Assembly (NCBI GenBank): GCA_013239625.1 | Contig: MU053881.1 | Coordinates: forward strand, 1,054,001-1,118,000 | Origin: Lama guanicoe | Taxonomy: Eukaryota | Reading direction: 5' to 3' | DNA: 64,000 bases | Shown: positions 38,251 through 52,667 of the stretch, piece after piece | Layout: the number at the start of each line of letters is the position of its first letter | Position numbering within the stretch: position 1 is the first letter of the stretch | Notes under the pieces: generated by a model | The model's database searches: none | What the model was told of the DNA's origin: nothing | What the model saw: only the letters and a program-made list of their open reading frames with translations | Position numbers and translations under genes: made by a program

Positions 38251-41200
38251 GAGGTAGGTAGGTGTTGGGGAGCCCCTGCTTCCTGCCTGCCTGTCTAGGG
38301 GATGAGATAAGGGTCAGGGGAGGAGGGAGATGTTTGGAAGCTGCCTTCTGTCCTTGTGGCTGTTTGTCTCACATCTGTTAAGTCTCTGCTTGGCAGAAAT
38401 GTTGTAGCTGTGTCCCTCTCAGGGATGTAGGTATTTCGCTGGCGTCTCACTTATTATTCCTGGTGGTGTCCACGCCCCGGTGGGTCCCGCTGACTTCTGG
38501 CCCTGCCGGCAGCAGCCCATGGGCAGTGGAGGCGGCTGGACTTGGGAAGCTATGGCTATTTCACAGCCCCCTGAAGAGCTGGCGTTGCCCTGGGTGGGGG
38601 CAAGGCAGGGCCCACTCCTCAGGCCAGTGGAGGAAAAGAGCCCCCTCCTCAGCATGGCTGGGATGCCCCCCCCACACCCCCCTCAAGCCCCGCATCCTGC
38701 CCTCTCTCTTCCTGACAAGTCACAGTGTGGGGAATGGGAGCCAAACCCCAAAGGGGAACCTGTTTGCAGGTACGCGGGCTCTGCCACACCCCCCTGAGGA
38801 GCAAGAAGGCGGCCCAGGCCAGCTGGTCACTGGTGGGGGCTACAGGGGCCGGACCTCAGGGGACACCACCCGGAGGCCTTGTGAGTGGGACGGCAGGTTG
38901 GAGGCCACCCGGAAGGTCCAGCGGCCGCCGGGAGTTGCCCGGGCCCTACAACGAGGTGGGGGCGCAGCCAGCTCGAAGCCCTGACTCTCCAGGAGGAGCG
39001 CACAGTGTGGCGCTGTGCCCCGTGTGGCAGGGGCGGGGGCTTCCTGGGAGAAAACGGTGACAGGAGCATCACAGTGGCCGGCCGCGGCGGGCAGGGCAGG
39101 GCCGGGGCGTCCCAGGAGCAGGCCTGGCCGCCTCTCTGGCTTTGTTGGGCTCTGCTGGGCGTGCCCAGGACGTGCCCCATTTAGCTCCTCAGAGGCCTGG
39201 GGACCCAGCTGGTCCCCAAGGCCAGGGTCAGGACGCCCAGCCCAGCCTGGTTGACAGGAGCTGGAGGCTGATGGGCATCTTGGAAGGCAAAGCTTCCTCG
39301 CTCAGCGGCCTGAGACCCCCAGGGCTCTGGCCACCTCGCCCCCACACCCCAGCAGGCCTCCACCTTGGGGAGCTCAGTGCTGAGGGGCAGGGCTCCTGGG
39401 GTTCTGGCCACCTCCTGCAGGGCCAGACCTGCCCAGTGTCCAGGAAGGACACAGAAGTCTCTGGCCGAGATGAGAGTGGCCGCCATTGGCCCCAGTGGAG
39501 AGGCCAGGAGAACTGGAGGCTCCCGGGTCCCGATGGGCAGGGTCTGGACCAGGACCTGGGAAGAGCTCTGGGTCTCCTTCCTCCCTTGAGGACCAAGTTC
39601 GGCCTCCTCATCGCTCAGGTGAGGCTGACCACCCCGCCTCTGGCCTCCAAGGGCTGCCAGGAACATAAAATGAGCTAATTATGTGAGCCCAACCTTGCAT
39701 CCCTTCCGAATAAGAAGCTCTCCTGCCGCTGTCCCTGGACCCCTCGGCATAGCTGGGCACTGGACTTCATTTTGTCTCCCTGAAGTCACCCCTTCTTAAT
39801 GGGAACCTGTCCCCTCCCAGGTCCCAGAGGGCATCTTATTCCCAAATAGCCGGACTGTTTTTACCCTTTCTGTCCCGCACACACGCCCGCCAACTTGCAG
39901 CGTGAGCTGAGGCTCAGGGGTGGAAGGAGTCAAGGGAAGCTGGCCGTTCCCCCTGCTCTCTCTGTCCTCTCCTGCCCCACATCCGGCTGCAGCGGGACCT
40001 CCCCACGTCACTGCCTTCTGCGTTTCTACACCACAACTTTCAGTCAAACTCCGTGAGCCAAAATGGCCAGGCTCTGCTTGTGAGCAATAAAGCAATACCT
40101 TAGAGACAAAAAAAAAAAACCGCTTTCTCTCTTAAGAAAGACTGGCCATAAGGACTGTTGTCTCACTGTGGATGAAAAAATCTAGTTTGACCCTCAAAGC
40201 TGGGCAAGGACGCCCGTGTTTAGGGGGTGTGCATCCTGCCCCTGTGACCTCATGGGGGGTTGCGGGGCGCTGTGACTTACCAGCAGTGACACACACAGTT
40301 TTACTGCTTTCACCAGCATCGCTGCATCGCACGTGTGTGGAAGTCCAGTCCTCACGAACACGGGGGCTGTCGTCCTGTTTCACAGAAGGGAGGGCCTGGC
40401 GTAGGTGAGTCGGCAGAGCCTCCCGGGGCTCCCCCTTGTCAGCTGCGGGTGTCACCTTGTCTGGCAGATGACCCTCAGGGCTCAGCGTCCACCCTCTCCA
40501 GACTCATGCACTGAGTCACAGTGACCATCCTATAGGTCTGTCAGTCGTCCCTTCCCTGCAGGAAAGCCAGGTCAGGGCAGAGAAACAGATTACAATCGGA
40601 AGGTAGATTTGTGGGCAGGGCGCTTCTGGCAAGGGTTGCAGGTAGGGCTAGCTGGAGGTCCCCTGGGCCCTGTAGCTCTGCTCTCCCATTGGTGCCATCT
40701 CGACACACAGCAATGGTGACAGTGGCCACCAGGCTCCTTGTCTAGAATGCCCCATGTGCCTGCCTGCCCCATCCATCACGAATTGATTTTCTTTGCTAAC
40801 GTTCAGATTTCCCAGAGGGTCTTCCTACTGTTTATAGGTAGCAGATACCCTTGCTCAGATAGAAATCCTAAAAGGAGGGGGTCAGAGCGAGTACGGCGCT
40901 GGCCTGAGATGGCACAGGAGGCTCTGGGAGGTGTGCTTGGCGGGGTCTGCTCTCACCAAGGGCGGGTCAGCAGCCTCTGGGCTTGGCCTGCACACAAGGA
41001 GGGGGTGCACGGCCAGTTCAGGCCTCTCCACTGAGTGATGTGTGAGTGGGGTGGTTCTTTCCACGAGCATGTCCTGAGGATCTGCTGGGGGCTGCTGTGT
41101 CCCAGGTTCTGGGGCCGTGCAGGGAAGATGCAGCTGAGCGTGCAGCTCCCAGTCCCGTTGGGGACACAGAGAGCCCAGGGAGTAATGGAACAGGTCAGAC

Positions 41201-41499
41201 CTGGGGGCCCTTCCGGGAGGCAGTGACCATGAGGCTGGGCCTCCGAAGGAGCAGGGACTGCTCAGGAAGTGAGTGAATGAAGTGGGCAGCGGTGACGGCC
41301 GTGAGGCGGGAGGGTCCTGAAAGAGCGCGAGGGCGGGGCCCGCGGGCAGGACGGCCCTGGCAGCTGTGAGCCCGAGATCAGCCTGCCGGCGTTTCCGGAA
41401 GGTTGGGCTGGCCGCGCTGCCGGGAGTGGGGCTTCCTCATTCTTCTTGTGCTGTGGACGGACCCCTTTGACATCTGGTGAGGCCCACGGGCCCCTGCCC

Positions 41500-41785
41500 A
41501 GAATACTGTTTGTCGATGTGAAAAATGAAAATACATAAGAATAAAAGAATGATAAAAATACAAAGGAAGCCCATTATAGGAGCAGCAGGTGTCAAAGCAG
41601 AACACTAAAAGCGCCTTTGGGACATTGTAACGCCTGCCCTGCACTAACAGATGGAAAGTGAGATCTGGTGGTGGGTCTAAAATGACCCCCCCTTTCCAAA
41701 CTGTGATCAGTGTAGACAGCCTTTCACAACCACCGGCAGCAGCTAGGGCGTGATCTCTGCCAGTGGTCGCCCTGGCACTGCCCCT
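41500..41785. mobile_element. MER63-like hAT remnant
   Basis: agatctggtggtgggtctaa...tgatcagtgtagac resembles MER63; recalled, not aligned. Confidence 0.5.
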
Positions 41786-42028
41786 GCTGCTGGGGGTTGG
41801 AGCCTGGGCTCACCCTGGAAGGAAAGGCCATGCTGCAGTTAGAGGCTGGAGCATTCAGAGGGGCCAGTGGCCAGTCCCAGTGTAGCTTCAGGCGGAGAAT
41901 TCCCTGCGCTGCTGGGAGGGGCCGCCGAGGAGAAGGTGGCAGTTATTGGGGGGGCAGGGGAGTGGTGGCCCTAAGAGGGGGCAGGTGGAGCGGAGGGAAA
42001 GGAGGAGATGGATTCAAAGTGGATGGTA

Positions 42029-42161
42029 GGGGGAGAGCGTAGCTCAGTGATAGAGCCCATGCTTCGCGTGCATGAGGTGTTGGGTTCAATCCTCGGTACC
42101 TCCATTAAAAAAAATAATAATAAAGTCTCCCCCCAAAAAAACTTAAAAAAAACAAACAAAC
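42029..42161 (+). mobile_element. tRNA-Ala-derived SINE (Vic-1-like), about 185 nt upstream of exon 5
   Basis: gggggagagcgtagctcagtgatagagc...gggttcaatcctcggtacctcc, followed by an A-rich/C-run/A-rich tail. Confidence 0.88.
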
Positions 42162-42180
42162 AGCAGATGGTGATGCCTGA

Positions 42181-42507
<327 letters not shown>

Positions 42508-42639
42508 TGAGGCGCAGGCCTCCACGGAAGGCCCTTCTGTGGGTTCACAGCCGCCCTGTCTCTCCCTGGCAGCCTGTGGCTCCTTATAACGACGAACTTG
42601 TGAGCCATGCCCACTCGCCTTTCAGCCCCACCCCTCCTT

Positions 42640-43150
42640 TTAAAATTTGGGTTTTGTTATTATTCAGGTGTGGTGAGGCCAACAAATCAGGAGGCGACTG
42701 TCATGGGAAAGACAGTTTATTACTCACAGATTCTGGACACGCAGGGCCACACAGGGAAGCTCCGGGGTCGGTCAGGAGGCCGAGGGAGGGAGAGGGACAC
42801 TGTGGGCAAGCACTTCTACTGTCGTTTCCGCAGGAAGGACCAGGTGAGGCAGGGGTAAGCAGGCTTCGGAGTGGCCAGCGTGAACCGTTTCAGTGGGTTC
42901 TGGGGCATCAGGGCTGCCCCTCGTTGTCTGGTACCTGGTCCTGGGGGATTCGCACAGGGGACCGTGGGCTGGAGTGCGGAAGCCCGATTAAGGAGGCGGT
43001 TGGGCCTGTGGACTCTGGGTTGGTTGGTTTGCACTGGAAGGAAGAGCATGTTCCAGAGTGAGCTGTTTATCATCTGTAAGAACTGACTAACCCTGGGACG
43101 GTCAGCAAGGCCCTGGATGGCAAAGTGTCAGAAACACGAGGGTAACACAC
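42640..43150. mobile_element. ERVL-type LTR (MER76-like) about 200 nt downstream of exon 5
   Basis: caggtgtggtgaggccaacaaatcaggag...gcaggggtaagcaggctt...gttgtctggtacctgg. Confidence 0.65.
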
Positions 43151-46074
43151 CCCTCACCTTGACTCCTGCTCACATCTTCAACCAGTGTGCTCCTCTTCTC
43201 ACGCCACGTCACTTCTGTTCTAACTGAGCGTTCTTGCCCTTTGTACCTCCCTTTGCTGTCAAACTTGCAACCATCTTTCCTAGCAGCACGCGTGGGTCTA
43301 TGCAGCAGAGGGAGAAAGCCCCCAAGACACACTGACCTGAGATGGAAAGATAACAGGGTGCCTGAAAGGAGAGCTGGTGAGGAAGGAAGGAGCCCCGTGG
43401 TGGCAGCCAGTGTGGACTGAGCAAGTGCCTGGGTCAAGCACCTCAGAAGAATTTTACACGTATTGACTCAATCCCAGGACAGATGAGGAGATGGAGCTAT
43501 GTCAGTCCCATTTCACAGATAAAGACATTGAGGCTTAAGGCAGTTCAGTGGCTTGACAAGTGAGTGGCCAGTGGCATTTGGCTCCTTGGGAGTCCAGCTT
43601 CTCACCTTGGCAGCCAAATTCTAGAGTCCATGCTCTGACCTCACCAGTATGAAGAAAGTTGGGTCATAATAAGACCAGGCATGGTAATTACATGAAGGGT
43701 TAACTCTTCTACTCAAAGAAAGAATCTGAGTCTCAGAATAAAATCAAACAGCACACAATGTACAAGGCCTGCAGTATAGAAATGACAATGAAGGACACTG
43801 GCTGGACGAATTCCAGCAACAGTGGACCTTGAACCCACTCTTTTTACCTAGAAAGTATGTCACTGTAAAATGCTGGAAGCAACCACAGTGAAGATAGCAG
43901 TCACGGTCCTTCACACACCCCACTGAGAACATAAAATACACGAGAGCAGACAGTCAGACGTGGGATAAATTAGCAAAAACCTAACTGCATGAGTCTTTCA
44001 TACCCTTTTCAAGGACCTTTAACAAATTACATTTTAAATGGCATAGGAGTTTCTAATAATATAATGAATAAAATTAAATTAGCAGTTATATAATTTTTCC
44101 CCTTGCTTTATAGAAAGATGTGCCTTCCTTTTGAGGAATCATAGAACACTTTAAAATTATGAAAGTACTTCAGGTCATAAAGAAAATTTAGTAAGTTTTA
44201 TACAGCAAAGCCTGTTTGGCCTATTCCCTGACTCAGTGCTCTAAAACTAGGTGGAAGGGACAGATAAAACTAGGTGGAAAATCCAATCTCTTTGAAAATT
44301 TTTTTAAAAATCCTGGGAAGAAGAATATTACGGTGTCAGTTGCAGACTATTGGAAAAACTATGGGGTGCGGCCAAAGCTGAATCCAGAGGCAAATTCTCA
44401 GGTGCTTTCCAAACAGTGCAAATGAAAACAAGTTACCCTTATATTCAACCCATTAGGTTGGAACAGATGTCAACAAGCACCCAAAACCAAAACCCTAAGG
44501 AAAGCAAAAATAAGAAAATAGTTCAGAGAAAGCAGAAATCAAAAGATTAGAAACTAGAAAAAAGAAACTATAGGATCAGTGAAGAAGAGAGCCTTGGGGA
44601 AAAGCAAGCCTCTGGCATATTTAATCTAGAAAAAAAGAGAGGAAGCACAAACTAAAAGATTAAAGAGAGTGCATATAATGTGACCCTCAGTGGGATGCTC
44701 GTCCTGGCAGAAGGGAAAGCATTTGGGGCCAGTGCTGCCCTAGGCAGCTGTTGGAAGGTCTCCATTTGAGCTTTCTTTCCATCCTTCCACTCAGACGCCC
44801 AGTGGAGGTCAATGCAGGAAGGATGTGCTCACCTTCCTCTGCAGGCGGGCAGGCAGGAGGGCTGGGAGGGTTCCCGAGCCCTCTGTTCAGGTTTGTGGCT
44901 GTGCACTGTAGGCACGCAGACACAGGGGAGGGAGGGCTGGGGCCACTGTGCTCAGGGACCCAGTTCCAGCCTCCATTCACAGGCAACGGTCTTTTGAGTG
45001 TCCGTTGACTTCCCCCATCCCCAGCTGCTCCACCATCGCCATGTTCCCCATCCCTCCCCATCCCCAGGCTGGGTCCTTCCAGTCCTTCCATTCCAGCCTG
45101 AGGCCCCCTCCTCGGGATCCTCTGGTGGCGGAGGGATTTTTCTGGCCTGTGGCATGAGGGATGGGCGTGGTTATATCCAACCCCCTCCCCACTTTCTGCC
45201 GCTGGAGAGGGAAGACGGGAAACTCCAGGCTGTGGGGGTAGGAAGGGGAAGAGGTTCACCGAGTGGTCCAGGAACTAAAAATGGAAGTTCGGAAAATGTG
45301 CACGGTTCACTGCTTACCAGCGCTGGCAAAGCTTTGGCTCTTACTTGGGCTAGAAAGAATCTGCCTCCTCCCCAGTGTGGGTCACTGGGATAGACAAAGG
45401 CCTGGAAGGTTCTGTGCTAAGCTGTCCCCTCCCGAAGCTGTTTCTTCTTCTTCTTTTTTCTTTAAGTGTCACAGGCAGGTAGAGACCTGGTAGAAACCAG
45501 GTAGAGAACCTGCAGGTGAGATTTGGAGAATCTCTGGGTCAGGGACCTGGAGGTCCCGGGAAATCAAGGATTTCCTGGGGAAATGCGAATATTTCAAAAC
45601 TGACTCCCCAAAATGTAGGAAATACCAATAGTAGCCCCATAACCATGGTGGGAACTCAAATTCTTCACTATTTTCAAGGTTACCTTAAAATTACCTAGTG
45701 ACTGTAGAGTCAGATCATCTATTTTTGAGTGCCTTCTTATTCATTTGCAAGGAATAATTAAGTAAAAATAATACAGTGCTGTATAAACTGTTTCAGAATA
45801 CATACATAAATGTGTTGTGAAATGTGCCCAACTTGTTTTTATAGCCAATGTGATTCCTCCACTCAGAGCTGCCAAAGGTAGCGTATCTAAGACAAAGTAG
45901 AGACCTGTTTCACTTCTAAAAAGAGTAAAAAGTCCTGAGGCTTTAAGCATTTAACTCCATAACGCATAAAGAGGAACTCCCACCATGATAAAATAGGGTT
46001 TATCCTGGGAACGTGATGATCGTTTAATATCAGAAATGGTCGATCACATCCATTTGCCTAATGACAGAAGTTGT

Positions 46075-46935
46075 TTTCTAACAGATACTTTCTGAGGGTT
46101 TTTGTGAGCCCAGTGCTGTGCTCTGTCACTGGCAGGGTCCCTGACCTCGGGGGCTGCTTCTAGCGCAGAGGTACCGACAAGGAAACGATTACAACCTAGG
46201 GCTCAGGGACGCAACGGGCAAAGGTGGAGCAGACAGTCCTTACTCAGAGGTGACTTTCAGCCACGAGGAGGGAGTGGAAGGGGGAAGAGCTAGCACAGGG
46301 AAGTTTCACGCTCAAAAGCAGGAGGGGAGAGTGAGCAGGTTGTGTTGGAGGAACAGAGCAGCTGTTCTCTGACTGAGGGGAACCACACAAGAGGGAAAGA
46401 GCAGGTGCTGATGCTTGAAGAAGCCAGAAAAAGCAGATCATGAGGGCCCTGCAGGTCGTGCCAAGGGGTCTGGTTTTCTCCCAAGGGCAGTTTCCAGCCG
46501 GAAAGTGACACTTTCTGATTTGCATTTCTCAGAAGATCCCTGGGCCCCTGCGCACAGGCTAGAAGAGTGCGGCCACCATCAAAGGGAGGACCAGGGTGGG
46601 CTGTACAAGGACCGTGGCTGCAGTGGGGAGAAAGGAGGGAAGGTGTGAACTTGAGGAGCCAAATCAGGAGCGGATGGATGCTCCATGGACAAAGGTGGAG
46701 ACACACTGAGTCCATGCCTTGGGCAGCCTGGCAGATGATAATGCCGACCCCTGAGATGGAGAGCGCAAGACAGGAGGCGGTGGCAGGGAGAGAAAGGAGA
46801 TGAGTTCAGTTGGGATGAGTCAAGTTTGAGGTGCCTTGTGCATCCCAGCGGGACAGCCAGGGAGACGCCGGCACAGGGCTCTGGAGCCCGGAGAGAAAAG
46901 ATGAGAGTCATTTGCAAAGGCATGGATGGGGGTAC
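46075..46935 (-). mobile_element. L2 fragment
   Basis: gatgagttcagttgggatgagtcaagtttgaggtgcc...gagtcatt typical of antisense L2. Confidence 0.65.
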
Positions 46936-47355
46936 ACAGGGAGCACCCCGAGCCGGGGGTCCCCTGTGGAAGAGCCCCAGGAGCCCCGACTCTGAAGGCA
47001 CCGGCTGGACGAGGGAAATGATCGGTTCTGTAGGAACTGACAAGGGATCTCCTGGTTTCTAAAGGTCTGTGAAAACTAGTAACAGATGGTAGCATGACAA
47101 CCAAAATTTTATTTAAAGGTGGAAAAAAGAAACGTGTCCCTAAAAGTGTTGTGCAGGGCTGGTCCTCAGGAAGTTCACAGACGCTTACACAGGAGAACAG
47201 AGAGGGGTCCATGGGCACCTGAGTCTGGGAGATGCTTATGAAGCACAGGAAAACAGGTCTTCCTGCTGGCATAGGAAAAAAATAAAAATAAATGAAGAGA
47301 CATGCTGTTCTTTATGGAAAGACTGAGTATAGTAGAAGTTGCTTTTTCCCAGATG

Positions 47356-47357
<2 letters not shown>

Positions 47358-47402
<45 letters not shown>
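47358..47402. repeat. (TAA)15 perfect microsatellite
   Basis: Counted directly. Confidence 0.97.
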
Positions 47403-47403
<1 letters not shown>

Positions 47404-50400
47404 TGGAAACTTGATGAAATGATTCTGAGATTCATCTAGAAGAATAAGCAGTCGAGAATGGCTGGGGAAGCCTTGAAAGCCAAGCAGGAAACACGGAAGT
47501 GAATTAGCGATGCAATTAACTGAAGAAACACAGGATTGAACTGACATAAGCAAGCACTGAAGAAACCAACAAATGGTGAAAAAAGAGAGAGAGAGAAAGC
47601 ACTGAACTTTACTATTAATCAAAGAAGTAAAATAATTTACCATTTTTAAAGCATGAGCTGTGTTGGGATTAAGAAGAAGGGTTTACTGCTGATCTGGGTG
47701 AAGGAAGCCGCGGGGTCTAGTTAAATAAATTGCAGCATGTCTGTGGCCTGCCAGTTGATCCCATTTTCAAAACATGTTTAAGGGCTTTGGGGAATGGTTA
47801 CAGCATAAAGGCAAGTTTGTTTGCTTTTTGGAAAAACGGGATGTATGTTTACAGGAGTATGATCTCAATTCTGTGTACAAATATGTGCACAGAAGGGGCC
47901 GAAGGGACGCCTCAAATGTAAACAGCACTTAGCTCTGGTGAGTAGGTCATGGATTTTCATTTTCTCTGTACTTTACTGAATTTTCTTAGTTTATCATTAT
48001 AAGCATGTTTTTAAGTAATCAAAATGGTGCATTTTTAATGATGAAAAAAGGGTTTCTATTTCAGAAAATCTTTTTAGAATGGTGGCATCCAAGCAATCTT
48101 GTTTAACTGAATGCTAACTGCAGGGGCTCCAGTGGCACGCCACACGGCTCTGTCGTGTCCAGCGTTTTAGTCCCGGTCTGAAGGAGGACGCAGAAAGGAC
48201 TCCACACTCTGGCTTGGCACCTCTTCTCTGTGGTGGCTTGGAAGCAGCTGGGGAGGGATCTGCGTTCGTCTGCCCTGTGGCTGGGTCTGGGGGCTTTGTC
48301 ACCTGAGTGTCTACGAGACTTCAGGCAAGATATCTTGGCCAGAGTGAGGATGTAGGGTGCCACAGGTACATGGCTTTACCTGCAGGGGAGGCTGCGTTAT
48401 CCAAGTGTGCAGGCACCTCTGTCATGGCCATGGCCAGTCTGGCCCCTTCCCCTTATGTGCTGCCTCGTAAGGAGGGATTCTGCTTGGCCTGGGCCGTGTT
48501 GATACCCTCCGAGTCCCCCGTAGGCAGAGTTGGGGTGAGGACACCTGGCACAGACTCCACTGTGAGGCTGCAGCCTGCTCTCCTGGGGACAGTATGGAGG
48601 CGGGCAGGCCACGGGGCAGCCTGCAGCCCACAGCCAGCAAGACAGGCAGCCAGAGCCCACTGGGCAGTGGGGCAGCTTCAGTGAGACCAGGATCCATAGA
48701 GTGAGAACCAAGAGGGCACAGGGGGACCAATGCCACCCCCTTGCCTCCCTGACTTCCCGCTGGGAGGGAGTTTGGGAATCACTGATGGTGAGGAGGCAGG
48801 GAGAGCATGGAGCTGAATGTGCGCCTTCAGGGCTGAGCCGACAGAACCACTGCACCCCCGCGGGGCTGGGCAGACTGGCCTCAGACCTCTGCCGATGACC
48901 TCAGAGGGGCCAGGTTAAAGGACGTACCAGGATGTGGGGTTAGATCTCCATGCCCATCCCCAGTCCCCATGGCCTGGCGGGGAGGGAACATGCTGCTGCC
49001 CCTCTGCTAGTCCCCAGGGATGCAGCAGGGACCCCTGGTCTCCTGTAGCAGAGCCCACCCCACACTTCTGCCCACCTTCTCCCACCTCCCTGCCCCACCT
49101 GTCCCTCAGAGGCCATGGGGGAGGTTGGCGCCCATCAGGGCCTCTGTGTATGAGGGATTCCAGAAAGTTATAGGGCCAGTCTGTTGCATGGTCCTCCTCC
49201 AGCGAGCTGCAGGATTGTGGGGGGTGTGGAGTCCAGGGTGCGCATCGCGCTTTCCCTGGGAAGGCCACGCTGCAGAAGCACCGACGGCAGGGGAGGAGAG
49301 GCAGGGAGAGTGAGGAGGACACGGCAGGCCAGCCACACCCCGCAGGGCTGGCATCAGACATCCAGATGCGGAGGGACCGGGGTCCCACCCGCTGGCCCTT
49401 CATCTCCAGGAACAGAGTGGTCTGCACCCCAGCACAGAGTGTGGGCACCCAGGGACGGCATGGGGGAGTGGCTGTGGGCTCAGGAGCAAGACAGATGGGA
49501 AAGGAGGGGCCGGTCCGCTGACCTGGAGCAATCAGTCAGTCTGCAAGGGACAGCCCGTGGGGAGCAGCTGCCAGGGCCGAGGGCGCCAAGGCAGACGCAC
49601 AGAACGCCTCCACGCCGAAGGTCACGTCGCTGACCAGTGTCTCTGTAAGCACCTTTAAAAGGAATTGCTAGAAAAAGGAAGTGTGACCAAAACCCAAGAG
49701 AACTCCGGAATACCAGCCCCAACTTTTTAATCACTAAATTCCATCGACATAAAATCACTCCATCAAACGTCGAGAGAAGTTTCCTGTTTCTGTACTTGTC
49801 TCATCCTGGGCGGTGTCAGTCAGTGTCCACGGGTCGCAGACTCCACGTGGCACAGCGCTGGGGGTGAGACCCTGATTTCAGGTCTCTGGGGACCTCGTGG
49901 GAAGTGGGAGAGCAGAGAGATGCAGAGCAGATGGAGCCTGGGACCTGCCTGCTCCCGGGGCTGGAGCACGTGAAGCCACGAGTAAACAAGAGCACCACAA
50001 AGGACAGAGGACACAGGGTGCCCTGGACGGAGTGGCCGGGCTGGTGACTGCCTGGCTGGGGTTCACAGAGAAACAGTGAGCCCTACTTGTTCTAGGAAAT
50101 ACGGGGGTGTAGGGGTGGGCCCCCTGGATGGGGGTCAGGGAGCAGAGTCGGGCTCACGTGGAGGATGAATTCAGTGAGCACACATTTCCTGTCAGTGAGC
50201 CAGTCCCCAGTCCCTGGAAGGACTGAAGCACAGAAAAACCACGGTGACTAGCCTGGACCTCTGCCAGGAGAGGTCCTGGGGGACCCTGGGGGCTGCGAGG
50301 CTGAGGCTCAGACTTGGGGCTTAAAGTGGCCCAGGTATGCAGGTCCTGTTATTTATTCCAAACCGTGATGGAAATAGACCCGCTTCCCCGGGCTCCACTC

Positions 50401-52648
50401 CCCCGTGCTGTCCCCAAGGCTCCCGTGGGGATAAAATCTGTAACACTTGCGCGAGTGACATGTTGTTTGTCTTCTAGCTTATGAGAAGCCTCTGAGTTAT
50501 CTCAAGTTTTTCCTAAAACAACATTTTTCTCCATTTCTTAAAAAGAAAAAAAACAGCCACCCAGCAGAAGAAAAGAGATGATCTTATTTGCACACTGTGC
50601 CATCAGCCAGGGAGCAGAGCATCGCGACACTGAGGGTTGCATAGCAACCGGCTTTTCAGTTGAGTTTTTGAGAAGGCACCAAAGCTACTGAACTGTTCTC
50701 ACTTTAAATATTTCCTAAGATGTTGCAAATCAAAGCAGATGGAAATCAGAGGCTTGGGGACGAAGAACATAAGGTGTCTTGTTGTGAAGGCCAGGTCAAG
50801 ACAAAGTGTGGAACGCTCTTAGGACTCCTTCAGCGTCGGAGGGGAAGGGCCTGAGAAATGCTGACTGTGAGTCTCTTAATGGGAAGCAGGAGCAGAACGC
50901 GCTGCAGCAGGGCTTACTGCTTGTCCCAGGCCACCGCCTACTGCTCTGGGCCTCAGCTTCCCCACCTGTGTGAGGGGCACACCAGGGAGAGCCCCCTGGT
51001 CTCCCCAGAGTCTGGGTCCCAACCCCCACCCTGATGGGGGCCAGGCACGGCGTCCAGCCGGGACCCCCCTCCTGGGCCAGACCCTCCAGGGTCCAGAGGA
51101 AGCAGTGGGGCCAGATGCTCCCCACGGGCCTGAGTCGGGAAGGTTCGTGCGGAGAATCCAGCACTCCCTGGGAGCTTGGCTGTCTGTGGAAATCGCTTTC
51201 CAGCCTCCGGGAGGATGTCTAGAATGTGTCTTGATGATACGAGAGTCCTGGGCGGAGAAATAAGGATCACGCCTTCCAGTCCTCTAGTCCTCACTGGCGT
51301 TGGGGTTTGCGAGGCCTGTCACATGGTGGGGTTCAAGCTCTGGGTACCACTTTGCACGCCAGAGCTGCAAAGAGATGACCCTCACCTCGGGGGAGCCCAC
51401 CTGCACCCAGCTGGAGGGCGTGGTGTTCATTCTGGCCCTTTTGATCGTTGTGGGACGTTCAGCAAGTCACTGAGCTTTAGTGGCCCCTCTAAGATGAGCA
51501 CACATGAGCAGTGACAGCAGTTAACAAGGGTGTTCGTGCAAGTTGCGGCCTGCAGTGCCCTCTTTGGCTCAGGCCCTGTCTGCAGCCCCGCGTGTGACCT
51601 CGCCCTCTTCACCCTCACAGCAGCGCTCTGGGGCAGCCACACCAGCACCCTCCCCTGACGGGTCAGGTGGGTGACCTGCTGGGGTCACACAGCGGTGAGA
51701 CGCTTTGCTCAGGGGAGGGCGGGCCAGGCTGGGGAGCCCGCGCTCCAGGTGCCTTGGCTGTGCTCCCCTCGGGGGAATCTCCTGTGCCAGTGGTTCCCCC
51801 TGGAGGGTGATTTTGCTGCCTCATTGACCCCAGGGATGCTCCTGGCATCTAGCAGGTGGAGGCCAGTGCACAGGACAGCCCCCAGCACAGAGAGCCACCT
51901 GGCTCCACATGCCAGCAGCGCCGAGGTCAAGGAGTACACTCGGCTGTCTCGAACCCAGCAGGTCTGGACTCCACGTGCACACGCTGTCCTGTTCTGTGTC
52001 TTTGGGAGGCCGGGTTGGGCTGGAGACTCTCTGGGGTCAGGGCTGTTGAGAAGAGTTCGGTGGGCTGCGGCCGGATCCCTGGGACACGGCCGAGGGATGA
52101 CGACAAGGGTCGCCGTGGGTACTGACGGCCGTGGACAGAGCACCTGAGCTCCGAGCTTGGTGCTGCTTGTGCCCGCTTTGCGGATGGGGAGCCCAGGACA
52201 GTGAGGGGACGTGTCCAAGCACACGGAGCAGATGAGGCGGGAGCCTGCCTCCAACAGCAGGGCCGGAGCTGCCAGCGCGCCCGCCTGTCCCCGCAGGGGC
52301 CCTGGTGGGCGGGGCCTGCGGTCTGCGGGGCTCCCCAACATGCAGGTGAGCCTGCGGCGCCTCCGAGCGGCGGGTCCCTCCTTCCCCCGTCTCCTTGACC
52401 CAGAGAAGGAAACGCATAAATAATTCAGCTCTTTCTGGAGCAAACAATGGAAATGTCAGAGGGCAGTGATTGGAACAGAACTTTCTGTGAGGTTGTAATT
52501 GATTTACTTAGGGTGGGACCCCGAGGCTGTCTCAGGCCTCTGTGGTCCCCCTTGACCCCCGTGCCCCCAGCATCTCAGATCCCCAGCAGCTGTGGGATCT
52601 GGCAGCCGTCAGAGCCCCCGAGCCCCTAAGCCCCTGTTCCTGAAGCAG

Positions 52649-52667
52649 CAGCGCCCCCTGGTGACCA
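52649..52667 (-). promoter_or_regulatory. Candidate CTCF site
   Basis: Reverse complement TGGTCACCAGGGGGCGCTG vs consensus TGGCCACCAGGGGGCGCTA. Confidence 0.65.

Larger units (their letters stand above)
43650..48070 (+). mobile_element. A-rich block of ancient L1M remnants interleaved with L2 and unique sequence
   Basis: A-rich composition with ORF2-like phrases (tagggtttatcctgggaacg; ttggaaacttgatgaaatgattctgagattcat); boundaries rough. Confidence 0.5.

Noticed and set aside
47175..47643. Poly-Leu and poly-Ile ORFs resembling signal or membrane peptides
   Set aside because: Translation of the (TAA)15 microsatellite.
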